From: Mobula hypostoma
Taxonomy: Eukaryota
Assembly: GCF_963921235.1 (NCBI RefSeq)
Contig: NC_086126.1
Span: 16,120,001 to 16,184,000, forward strand
DNA length: 64,000 nt
Reading direction: 5' to 3'
Positions 36,191-47,577 of this stretch are shown piece by piece. The notes under the pieces were generated by a model. It was not told the DNA's origin and ran no database searches. It saw nothing but the letters and a program-made list of their open reading frames with translations. The position numbers and the translations under genes were made by a program. Numbering within the stretch: the first letter of the stretch is position 1; each line of letters begins with the position of its first letter.

Positions 36191-37509
36191 TCATACCATG
36201 ATGACCAAGCAAATGGGAGTCGTGCTGAGCGCCATCAGTCTTTCCGTGAAAAGTCGGCATCCAACATTTAGGCAGGTCATTATCACACAGCAAGCTATAA
36301 TTATAACAATGAGGATAATTAGCCCATGCTGTAAATAAGACCCCCATGATCCTCCCTGCAACCACCCCAACCAGTCATCCCTCTTCCCCGAACCTTGCCT
36401 GATGTCATCCAATTGTTTCTTCATAGACTGAATGGCATGGGTCACGTTGTATGATTCGTCAGTAACATGGGTGATGAATTTGTCTCCGACTATGGCGCAT
36501 ATCCCTCCCTGTTGGGCCGGAATTAATCCTGGTCTGCTGTGCGTAGAGTCGCAACTCCACCAGTTCTCAGTTAACAGCCTCCAGACCTTCCACCGTTCTG
36601 TTTCCCAATATCATCAGCCCACAAATCAGGAAGTCGAGGGTCTTTGCAGCTATGGTCCCCGCCGAAACCCCTAGAGAGACAGTCCTCAGAACCCCATAGC
36701 CCAGAGAAGAACCCAGAGTAATAGGCTTCCTCCGGTCAGTACAGAATTCCTTACTCACGGCTCGAGCTGTCAGTCGCTGTCGAACGTGGGCATCCTGAGG
36801 GCAGGGAACAGAAAGTAGTCCAATTGTTCCTACTGCAAGGAGGTTAAGCAGAGTGGTGGTAGCTGTCGTATAGGTAGCGTTGAACAATAACACATATCCT
36901 GTCTTGGCCCTGTGACAGGAAATTTTGTAACTCACTATTTTATCATGCCACAAGTCCCTGCACCTGCCGACACATGAGTCTCATTGCAATATCCACATAC
37001 ATGCTGAATTATATTAAGGAGGCGCTCGCATTGCTCGTGGATACATTTGCAAGAGAATATTCCCCGGTCTATCCTACATCGGAAGTCCGGATAATGTTTC
37101 TGCAGGCAAGGTATCTCCCTGGGAACCCTAGGAAAGACGTATCCCTCTCCCTCCCCTGCAAAACGGAAGGGGTAATCCGCAGTGCCCTCGCCAGTAGTCT
37201 CAACACCCACTCTCTTGATGCACTTTCCCATAGCCCCCCTTTTAAGCTTTCCTCTTATCCCATTACATTCTGTCCCGATCTATCCTCCACTATTAAGTCA
37301 TGTTCCACCCAATGTAACCCTGATGGGTTAGCAACAAACAATGCTTCTACAGATTTTACCGAAGGGTAACATGCAGTATGGTTACCATGCAGACGCATAT
37401 GAGTCTTATAAAATAAATTGTCTTCCAAGCGTAATACCGCGGAGGTAGTTATGATAGTGAGAAGCCCAGGAATAGTCTTTAGTCCACCTGCGGAGCCCAT
37501 CGTTTGCAA
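36191..37509 (-). pseudogene. env: ERV envelope (frameshifted): signal peptide, short Cys-rich SU, TM with internal fusion loop, ISD region and membrane anchor
   Basis: ORF pieces 37255-37509, 36935-37231, 36567-36953 and 36191-36445; AQQGGICAIVGDK(F)ITHV after ELRLYAQQTR; anchor GLIILIVIIIACCVIM. Confidence 0.88.
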
Positions 37510-38959
37510 TCACTTAGGTGGATACAGTGGCTGTGCCCTCGAACTTTAACGGCCGTAGGGGTTTGCAGTAGTATCTGGAATGGTCCTTTTCCCCGGGGTC
37601 CAAGCTTGGAGCGCTCCCAATCCCTGATCAGTACCGAGTCTCCCATTTTCAACTCCGGCCACTCCGTTCCCTGACCTCCAGTCTCCTTAAAGGTATTCTG
37701 TACCTGGGAGTGAGAAACTTTAGAGAGGATGTTAGTTGACGAAAGTACTTCTGGAATTCGTCCCCCATGACATTTAGATCAATTTGGATGGGAGGCTGCA
37801 TGTCAGCGTCCCATTGGGTCCTTCAAGGGCGCCCATAAACACTTTGAGCTGCAGATACCCCTGTAGTGGAGTGTGGGGTAATTCCCATATGGTATAAAGG
37901 CAGCGGAAGGACCTTCAGCCAACTCAGTCCGGTTTCGGACATGAACTTAGACAGCTTGTTTATCAGGGTGCCGTTGGCCCGTTCCACTATTCCTGCAGCT
38001 TTCGGGTGGTAGGCGCAATGAAAATGCTGTTCGATGCGCAGCACCTCACACAGTTCTTTATTTGTATTTCCTAAAAGTGAGGGCCAGTGTCCGAACTTAT
38101 TTGTCTGGGCAATCCGAATCTCGGTATAATCTCTGTAAGCACCAACCTTACCACCGTAGAAGCTTTATTACTGGTGGTCGGAAAGGCTTCAATCCATCTA
38201 CTGAGCACATCTACAATTACTGAGCAATGCTTACAACAGTACAGGCGTGGTAGTTCGATAAAATCAAGCTGAATACATTCAAACGGGCCACTTGGCAAGG
38301 GGGATTTTCCTGGGGCACACTTTACTCCCTTTCCCGCCTTTGTCTTTTGCCAAATCGAGCATGCTTCTATTTTTGCTGCAGCAGCTCCCTCCAGCATGGG
38401 GTGCCCCCATGTGCGGAGCAAAATATTACTCATTCCCCCCTTGCCAAAGTTGGTGTCCGTATGCAAGCAATCGAGCAACATAGGCAGCAATGCATTAGGA
38501 ATACAAACTTGCCAACCGCGGTATGCCAGAGGCCCGTGGACACCGATGCACACATCCGTGCGTCTTCCAAAGTTGTTTTTCTGAATCAGGGGCGTCCCCC
38601 TGGAGTTTTTGAACTGTAGCCCTTTCTGGAGTGCCCGGCGCTCGGAGTGTTTTAGTCAGGGTGGAGGTCAATTGTTCTGCAGTAAAGATTATAACGGTCA
38701 ACTCCTGCGCAGTCTGCTTGGCAGCCAAATCGGTCCAGTTATTTCATTTATCACTGCAGATTCGTCTTTTCGATGAGCCGAATATTTAATAATGGCGATT
38801 TTTTTCGGGGAGGTGTATGGCCTGAAGGAGGTTCCCTACATACATGGCATTCTGGATGGGGGTCCCGGAGGAGGTGAGGAAAAGGTTCCGTTGCAGACAG
38901 TCATGAGGAGGCTCAGTCAACTCAGCAAGTGCCGTCTCTAAAAATGTAGCAGGGTTGAT
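37510..38959 (-). pseudogene. pol: ERV pol 3' part (connection, partly deleted RNase H, integrase)
   Basis: INPATFL...PHDC joined directly to FLTSSGTPIQN; integrase DDE motifs in ORFs 38071-38553 and 37823-38044. Confidence 0.88.
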
Positions 38960-41900
38960 ACAGAAACATAGAAAATAGGTGCAGGAGTAGGTCATTCGGC
39001 CCTTCGAGCCTGCACCATCATTCAGTACGATCATGGCTGATTATCCAACTCAGAACCCTGAACCTGCCTTCTCTCCATCCTCCCTGATCCCTTTAGCCAC
39101 AAGGGTCATATCTAACTCCCTCTTAAATACAGACAATGAACTGGCCTCAACTGTTTCCTGTGGCAGAGGATACCACAGATTCACTACTCTCTGTGTGAAG
39201 AAGTTTTTCCTCATCTCGGTCCTGAAACGCTTCCCCTTTATCCTCAAACTGTGACCCCTCGTTCTGGACTTCCCGAACATCAGGAACAATCTTCCTGCAT
39301 CTAACCTGTCCAATCCCTTTCGAATTTTATACGTTTAAATCAGATGCCCCCTCAATTTTCTAAATTCCAGCAAGTATAAGCCTAGTTCATCCAGTCTTTC
39401 ATCATTTGAAAGTCCTGCCATCCCAGGAATCAATATGGTGAACCTTCTTTGTAGTACCTATATGGCAAGGATGTCTTTCTTCAGATTAGGGGACCGAAAC
39501 TGCACTCAATACTCCAGGTGTGGTCTCACCAAGCCCTTGTACAACTGCAGTAGTACCTCTCTGCTCCTGTACTGGAATCCTCTTGCTATGAATGACAGCA
39601 TACCATTCGCCTTTTTCACCGCCTGCTGTACCTGCATGCCCACTTTCAATGACTGGTGTACAATGAAACCCAGGTCTCGTTGCACCTGCCCTTTTCCGAA
39701 TCGGCCACCATTCCGATAATAATCTGTTTTCCTGTTTTTGCCACCAAAATGGATAACCTCACATTTATCCACATTAAATTGCATCTACCATGAATTTGCC
39801 CACTCACCTAACGTATCCAAGTCACCCTGCATCCTCTTAGCATCCTCCTCACAGCTAACACTGCCGCCCAGCTTCGTGTCATCCGCAAACTTGGAGATGC
39901 TGCATTTAATTCCCTCGTCTAAGTTATTAATATATATTGTAAACAACTGGGGTCCTGGCGCTGAGCCTTGCGGTACCGCAGTAGTTACTGCCTGCCATTC
40001 TGAAAAGGCCCCGTTTATTCACACTCTTTGCTTACTATCTGCCAACAAGTTGTTTATCCATATCAATACCATACCTTCAATACCGTGTGCATTACGTGTT
40101 CACACTAATCTCCTGTGTGGGGCCTTGTCAAAAGCCTTTTGAAAATCCAAATATACCTCATTCACTGGTTCTCCCCATCCACTCTACTAGTTACATCTTC
40201 AAAAAATTCTATGAGCTTCATCAGACATGATTTTCCTTTAACAAATCCATGCTGACTTTGTCCGATAATTTCACCGCTTTCCAAATGTGCTGTTATCACA
40301 TCTTTGATAACTGACTCTAGCATTTTCCCGACCACCGATGTTAGGCTAACTGGTCTATAATTCCCCGGTTTCTCTCTCCCTCCTTTTTTAAAAAGCACGG
40401 TTACATTAGCCACCCTCCAATCCTCAGGAACTAGTCCAGAATCTAAAGAGTTTTGAAAAAAAAATTATCACTAATGCATTCACTATTTCTTGGGCTACTT
40501 CCTTAAGCACTCTGGGATGCAGACCATCTGGCCCTGGGGATTTTTCTGCCTTTAATCCCGTCAATTTACCTAACACCACCTCCCTACTAACATATATTTC
40601 CCTCAGTTCCTCCAACTCACTAGACCCTCGGTCCCCTACTATTTCTGGAAGATTATTTATGTTCTCCTTAGTGAAGACAGAACCAAAGTAGTTATTCAAA
40701 TGATCTGCCATGTCCTTGTTCCTCATGATCAATTCACATGTTCTGACTGTAAGGGACCTACATTTGTCTTAACCAATCCTTTTCTTTTCACATATCTATA
40801 AAAGATTTTACATTCAGTTTTTATGTTCCCTGCCAGCTTTCTCTCATAATTTTTTTCCCTTTCCTAATTAAGCTCTTTGTCCTCCTGTGCTGGACTCTGA
40901 ATTTCTCCCAGTCCTCAGGTGTGCCGCTTTTTCTGGCTAATTTGTATGTTTCTTCTTTGGAAATGATACTATCCCTAATTTCCCTTGTCAGCCACGGGTG
41001 TACTACCTTCCCTTGTTTATGCTTTTGCCAAACCCGGTGAACAATTGTTGTAGTTCATCCATGCGACCTTTAAATACTTGCCACTGCATATCCACCGTCA
41101 ACCCTTTAAGTATCATTTGCCAGTCTGTCTTAGCTAATTCACGACTCATACCTTCAAAGTTACCCTTCTTTAAGTTCAGAACCTTTGTTACTGAATTAAC
41201 TATGTCATTCTCCATTTTAATGAAGAATTCCACCATATTATGGTCACTCTTACCGAAGGGGCCTCGCACTAACTCTAACTAACTCTTCCTCATTGCTCAA
41301 TACCCAGTCTAGAATGGCCTGCGAATATTCCTTGCATTGACACACAAATACTTCAGGCTTGCGTTTACAAGACTCTTAGCCCTTAAACAATTATGTTGAA
41401 AAGTGGCCCATTTTGATTTTTGCCCTGGATTTGCAGGCCTGCCACTTTTACTTTTCACCGTACTAGTTTTTGCTTCTAACCTCAGTTTACAGCCCCCTGT
41501 CTCTCTACTCTTGTTCCTATCCCCTGCCACATTAGTTTAACTCCTCCTGAACAACAGTAGCAAATGCTCCCCCTAGGACATTGGTTCCAGTCCAGCCCTG
41601 GTGCAAACCGTCCTGGTTGTACCGGTCCCTCCTCCTCCAGAACTGGTTCCATCGCCCCAGAAATTTGAATCCCTCTCCTTTGCACCAATTTTCAAGCCAT
41701 GTATTCATCTGAAATATCCTCCTATTTCTACTCTGACTAGCACGTGGCACTGGCAACAATCCAGAGATTATTACCTTTGTCGTCCTACTTTTTAGTTTAT
41801 CTCCTAACTCCTTAAATTCACCTTGTAGGACCTCATCCCGTTTTTTTTTCCTGTATCTGTGGTACCTATGTGCACCACGACCACTGGCTGTGCACCCTCC

Positions 41901-42237
41901 CACTCCAGAATGTCCTGTAGCCGCTCAGAGATATCCTTGCCCCTTGTACCAGGGAGGAATCATACCCTCCTGGAGTCTCGTTTGCCGCCGCAGAAACGCC
42001 TATCTATTCCCCTATCACTATGCCTCTCCCACTCCTTTTCCTTCCCTCCTGTGCCACAGAGCCACCCTTGGTGACGCGAACTCGACTGCTGCCTTCCCCT
42101 GATGAGCCATCTCCCCCAACAGTATCCAAAACAGTATATCTGTTTAGGAGGGATATGACCTCAGGGGACTCCTGCACTACCTGCTTTACTACTGCGCTGT
42201 TCACTGGCCTCCCATTCCCTTTCTACCTGTTTAGCCT
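38960..42237 (-). mobile_element. Long CR1 LINE inserted into ERV pol (ORF1 SGNH-esterase region, partly deleted endonuclease, RT, tail)
   Basis: KVIISGLLPVPRAS...DGLH (CR1 ORF1 esterase), KSDHNMVEF, NYRPVSLTSVVGKMLE; tail cagaaacatagaaaatagg at 38960. Confidence 0.93.
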
Positions 42238-43300
42238 GGTATCACCGTATGCAAAGGTGAGCAGTGGGTTACTAAGTGATGCTAATTTATAACGGCTTAG
42301 TCTGGCCTGAGTCAGATGTTCGGTTTGGTGGGTGGTCAGCAGCGCTACAATGCTGTGGGACGAATAGACTGTAACTGGCTGTGGGAGGGTGATGTTGGAA
42401 GCAGCCGTAACTAGGGAGTAAATGGCCGGGAGCATCTGCGAACAGCGGGGTGATCGCTTCGCTACGGGGTCTAACATTAGGGAATAATAGGCAATAGGCC
42501 TGCGTGTATCTCCATGAGTCTGAGTGAGAACTGCAGTGGCGCAATGATCTAAAACATTCACAGAAAGCTGGAACGGACGGTCATAGAGTGGGAGGCCGAG
42601 AGCAGGTGCCCTCGAGAGGGATTTCTTCAACTCCTCAAAAGCCTCTCCCCGTTGCTGAGTTAGCTCTAGGGGCCCCGTAAGCGAACGTGAAGCCAGAGAG
42701 CTAAATGCTTTGCATGCAGAGCGACATTGGGAATCCACTGTCTGCAAACGTTTACCAGCCCAAGGAAAGCACGCATGGCTTTCGGCGTGGATGGCAGGGA
42801 CGTCGCAAGGACTGGGGTCACCCTTTCTGGGGTGAGCTGCCTTTCGGTTGCACTCAAAAGGGTTCCCAGAAATCTCACTTGCCGTTGGGTTCTCTTTGCT
42901 TTTCGGGGAGGGATCACGTAACCCCACGAATGCAGAGCATTCAGAAGCGCATTGGTGTCCTGTAGGTTTGAGGTTTCTGACGGGCTTGCCAGTAGGAGGT
43001 CGTCTACGTACTGGAGCCCCCGAGAAATTGTAAACTGTAAATGTCTAAGCTGCCTATGTAATATCTGCGAGAAAATGATGGGGTAGTGCACGAACCCTTG
43101 GGGTAACCTAGTCTAAGTGCACTGCTGATCTTGAAAGGTAGATGCAAAAAGGTACTATGACTCGGGAGCAAGGGGAATTGCAAAAAAGAAAAAACGCATG
43201 CTGCAGATCGACTATGGTAATAACTTGGGAGACCGGTGGAATGTTGCTTAAAATCGTAGGGACCACCGGATGCACAGGCTGCACAATTTCATGCTTTACT
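42238..43300 (-). pseudogene. pol: ERV pol RT domain (N-terminus and protease deleted)
   Basis: VHPVVPTIL...IVDLQHAFF, LPQGFVHYP, LQYVDDLLL, LSRAPALGLP, RPIAYYSLMLDPVA. Confidence 0.9.
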
Positions 43301-44777
43301 CTGGTTGGCTTGGAATCCTTGCTGTAACTCCAAAAATGCTCAACTGCCCTCTTCATGGCCTGCTTATTCCTATCTGGTCAGTCTATATCAGTTCTAATAG
43401 CCTTGGACACGTCCTCGGGGAAGCACTGCAATATCATTGAATTAAACTGGGGCGAAGTATTGCCAGGCATTATAGGCGGCATCACCAGCGTAGGCTGCAT
43501 AAAGGGAGCAGAAGTGTTCCCAAAAATCGCAACAGTCTTCTCCCGCCTGTGGGCGGCACTCAGGGACCTTAACGATGTCTGCGGGGCGCTGCAAAGCCTT
43601 CTTTAGAGCCTTCGTTGTTTTGTCCATCTGTTCTGCGGGCGGGGTTGCGGTGGAAAAGGACTCCCAATTGGCATGATCCCCTGCAGCTTCTTCTTTTTTT
43701 CTCCTGTTCACTGGTCGCAACAGCCATGCAGCACAAGCTAAAAAGATCCTGCGGAGTCGCCTGAAACATTTGGGTTGTACCAACCAAATAATCGATAAAT
43801 CCCTCGGGATCCTTTTTTCCTGTTCGGGGCCTGATTCATGATCATACACATTTCTTGTGGCTTTCAAGGAGCATAAACCTGCATAGTAGCCGCCTGGTTC
43901 GGCTGCCCTACCCTAGGGTTAGAAACGGTCCTGTTGGGAAATTGCCCCGGGTTCCCTCTCCCTCTGGGTCTCGAGTCTTCGGAATCATCATTTTCAATAC
44001 TAGAGTGATAACCAGTATCCGTCTCAGGGTCTATCAGGGGGCCATCTCCCACCAAAAGGTTTCGTCGCTTCCTAGCCTGGCTCCTATTACTCACCCGTCG
44101 CCGAAGTTATCCCCCGGTTCGGGAGGCTGTTGGGCATGGGGGCGGTGTATTCGGAGGTGCTTGGGGTTGGGCAGCCATAACGTTATATGGGGGTGGCGGC
44201 GCCGTGCGTTGGGGTCGAATGCAGGCAACTGGAATGCGCCATACCTCCTCCTCCTCAGTCTCATTTTAATTAAAGAGCATGGGCAGTCCACACAGGTCAA
44301 GACGTCCCTCAGTTTTACTTTTTCTGGCTCCATCATAACCTTCCGTCTATCCTTAGCCCACCTATCTCTTTTTTCCCTATCCTGTTTTTCCTTATTCTTA
44401 TCGTGATCCTCGCACAGTCCTTTTAATATTTCCCACCGTTTCGAATTTCCTTCATTGTCACATACACTAATCCCTCTGCGACGTGCTTTGTGCTCCCAGC
44501 TACTTTGCTTAGATCTGTTATTTAATTCCTCGGCCGTTATTCTCCGATTGGACATTTAAACCTTCCATTTTTGTCCGGTATTACGCTTCCAAATTACTTC
44601 TTCTGCCTTTAGACAGTTATCTAAATCCCAGGTCCCACCCAGAGGCCAAATTCCACTCCCCAATTTCTTACTTAGGTAAGCCGATAACCTTCGGTAAACA
44701 TTCTCTCTCTCTGGGTCATCTTTACAAAGTTTAAACAATGGCGTGTTGTTTACAGACTTATCTAATGTCTGCCCCAT
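43300..44777 (-). pseudogene. gag: ERV gag (degenerate, 3' end deleted)
   Basis: MGQTLDK myristoylation-type start, WPLGGTWD, and capsid-like DIVKVPECRPQAGEDCCDFWEHF (MHR-like). Confidence 0.8.
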
Positions 44778-45324
44778 GCTTCCTAATCGGTGTGGTCAGC
44801 CACCTCCTTTTCTCACTCCCAGTTCAGGGTCCCGACATTCGCCTGGGGGATTTCCCCTCTTAACAACCGGTCTAAGGCTGGGTGCTGATACTCCAGAGTG
44901 CGGCTTTACTACCTTATAATCTATAACCCCTACTCCCCGTTAATCTTGTGCCGTGTCTCTCTGCACCCAGTTCAAGGTCCTGACCTTCGCGTGGGGGATT
45001 TCCCTTCTTAACAATCGGTCTAAGGCAGGGTGCTGAGACAGGCAAATTGTCACAAGTATATCCCAAAACGTATTTACAGCATCCGGATAGATTGCAGAGG
45101 AGAGTCACTTCCCCTGTGTTTGGCCAGACCTCTGCTCTGCCTTGTGCTCATCAATTTACTGCGCTACACGCCCCGGCCCCCCACGCCAATTAGAATGGTT
45201 ATTAGCTCCAAAATGTAATAGGTTACTGTCACTAACCCGCTGACCAATTTGCTGTAACACACTCAAAGAAAATGTAATATATCACTACCAATTATCCGCT
45301 GCCCAATTTGTTAGCACTGGCAGG

Positions 45325-45729
45325 CTTTAAAGCCAGGCTTTTACTCTTTGGAGAGAAGGAGGATGAGAGGGGACATGATAGAGGTGTACAAGATAATAAG
45401 AGGAATAGATAGAGTGGATAGCCAGCGCCTCTTCCCCAGGGGACCACTGCTGAAAATAAGAGGGCATGGCTTTGAGGTAAGGGGTGGGAAGTTCAAGGGG
45501 GATATTAGAGGAAGGTTTTTTACTCAGAGAGTGGTTGGTGCGTGGAATGCACTGCCTGAGTCAGTGGTGGAGGCAGATACACTAGTGAAGTTTAAGAGAC
45601 TACTAGACAGGTGTACGGAGGAATTTAAGGTGGGGGCTTATATGGGAGATAGGGTTTGAGGGTCGGCACAACATTGTGGGCCGAAAGGCCTGTACTGTGC
45701 TGTACTATTCTATGTTCTATGTTCTATGT
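45325..45729 (+). mobile_element. Short CR1 3' fragment inserted in the ERV leader
   Basis: ERRRMRGDMIEVYK...FFTQRVVGAWNALP; (ttctatg)3 tail. Confidence 0.92.
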
Positions 45730-46001
45730 ATCACAATACTTCGTCGGGGACTGTAACCCCTTACCTTACCTTATACTCCGTTGGGGACTCTAGCCTCTCT
45801 TTTAACCTGTGGTACTCGGACGATCTCAGCTCAGATTTCGGAAGGAGTCTGTCAGAGGATTACCCGCCAGACGAGGGGATCGTCAAAGTGGGCCATGAAT
45901 GAGAGAGGTCAAGGTAAATCTTACCTTGTGGGCCCACCTGTCTCAGGTCACCGCCATCGAGCCAACCGCTGGCACCGCCTCACGACAACCACGTTTTTGG
46001 A

Positions 46002-46021
46002 CTCCTGACTTTGGCTCGCCA
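46002..46021 (-). other. ERV primer-binding site, tRNA-Arg(ACG)-like
   Basis: TGGCGAGCCAaaGtCAGGAG, 3 nt after the 5' LTR, versus TGGCGAGCCAGCCAGGAG expected (from memory) for the vertebrate tRNA-Arg(ACG) 3' end. Confidence 0.75.
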
Positions 46022-46024
46022 AAT

Positions 46025-46630
46025 TGTCGTACTGGACCGACCGATGCAAAGACAAGGTATAAGAAAAACACTAACACGCGTAATTCTTTTTCAAACCTTT
46101 ATTCTTTACTCATAGCCTGCTATGGGGGAAGTTAGAGACTGATCGCCCAAAAGAGCCAGTCCAGACACTGCCCCCGAATTACACAATTCTCCACAATTTA
46201 TAACATTGATCAGGTAGCAGGAACTCTTACGATTACAAGTTTAGATAATATTAGAATCATTTTAATTGCATGCTAAGATACAATTAGATGTAAAATAATC
46301 ATTGGTCAGTTAGTTATAATTATTTTAAGCCAAAGCTAGCCCATCAGTTCCTCATTCAGACCCTTCCCCTTTTCTCCAGAACATTCTAGCCCCTACACTA
46401 TGCTTCCCATATTTAGCAATACCTTGAGCTGCTTCTGCAAGATCAGGTAGTTCTTTTCTTTAGCCTTTGCCTGTCTTTACAGAACAACGACTAGTACGTC
46501 ACCGGTTGTTGGGTAAAGCTTCTTTTGGACTGCCCAAAACAGTAAGTTAAGGCGCCCACAAGGTGATTGATCATTAATTCATCATTGTTCTGAGTCTATA
46601 CCCCAATTTACCTACCCCTTCACACCATCA
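46025..46630 (-). repeat. ERV 5' LTR
   Basis: Colinear with 35572-36177; AATAAA at 46098-46103. Confidence 0.95.
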
Positions 46631-46669
46631 GGAGCATGAGGGCAGTTGAATTGCAGTACTTTACAGCAT

Positions 46670-47577
46670 TTATTTCTCACGTTTCATGAGTTTAAAGATC
46701 CGATTCAGTGGGCATTTCACAGCATTCTGTAGTTCCTCTCGAAATTTGCTCTGAGTCAGTGCGTACACACAGGTATTGGTGCAGGAACTGAGAATCTGCA
46801 GCAATTCAGATGTGTGTCCTGTGATGTAACGGGGATCCGTGAGAGAATAAACAAAACTCCTTGAAATCCGTCTGTAGATATAAAATACCACGTATGTTCC
46901 CCACAACAATATGAAACTACCGGTTATGCTGAAGAGCAAAACGATGGATTTGCGTCGGTTCTCCATCTCCCGGTCCTTGTCATTCGCTCTACTGCTTTGT
47001 CCCCGGAGACCCCTGCGGGCTCGACTGGCCGCTAAAATCCGCCTGACAGTCAGAATATTGAACAGCAACATTAGAAAGAATGGGAAACATGGGGTTAAAA
47101 TGAGTTGAAACATCACAAATGCCGCCCATGAGGAAGAGTTTGTGAAGCTCGGTGTATAAACACAGCCCCAGGGAAAACCATCAATTATTTCTTCAGGTTC
47201 GTGTATAAAGCCCCAGGGAACAGTCTCCAAACAGGCCAGCACACTCACTGTCCCGATAACCACAGCCGCCGTTCTCTCGGTGCAATATTTTGTTCTCAAT
47301 TTCCCACAGCAAATAGCCACAAATCGATCGACGGTGAAAGCGGCAGTCAGCCAGACTGAGGCCGCAGTGCTCGCAGAAACCAACCATTGACCAAGTCTGC
47401 ACACAGGAGTGATTCGCAGGAATGATCGCGGAAAATAAATCTTAGAAGTCCACTTTAGTAGCGGTTCCGAGAAAACGACCAGGAGATCGGCCGCTGCCAT
47501 TCCCACCAGGTAACGAGTGATACATTTGGAGAGACCGCACTTTCCCCGGGACAGGATCACAATCGCCACCAAGTTCG
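46670..47577 (-). CDS. GPR139-like GPCR paralog B, exon 2 (with exon 1 at 48930-48999 gives 325 aa)
   Basis: Acceptor ctgtctcccttccag|CGAACTTG in phase 1; ANLVAIVILSRGKCGLSK, MAAADLL, FTVDRFVAICC, CTNTCVY; frame intact. Confidence 0.93.

Larger units (their letters stand above)
35572..46630 (-). mobile_element. Defective endogenous retrovirus (class I, epsilon/gamma-like): LTR-gag-pol-env-LTR
   Basis: Two 606-bp LTRs, PBS, PPT, MGQ gag with WPLGGTWD matrix motif, RT LQYVDDLLLAS, integrase IQLDFIELP/ISSDTGPHF/YHPKAAGIVERANGTL, env TM; many stops and frameshifts. Confidence 0.95.

Noticed and set aside
38786-39034. 82-aa ORF
   Set aside because: Chimera of the CR1 tail and ERV pol; the same tail peptide starts ORF 14581-14862
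46000-46021. tRNA gene fragment
   Set aside because: Only the 3'-terminal ~18 nt including CCA are matched, next to an LTR; this is a primer-binding site, not a tRNA gene
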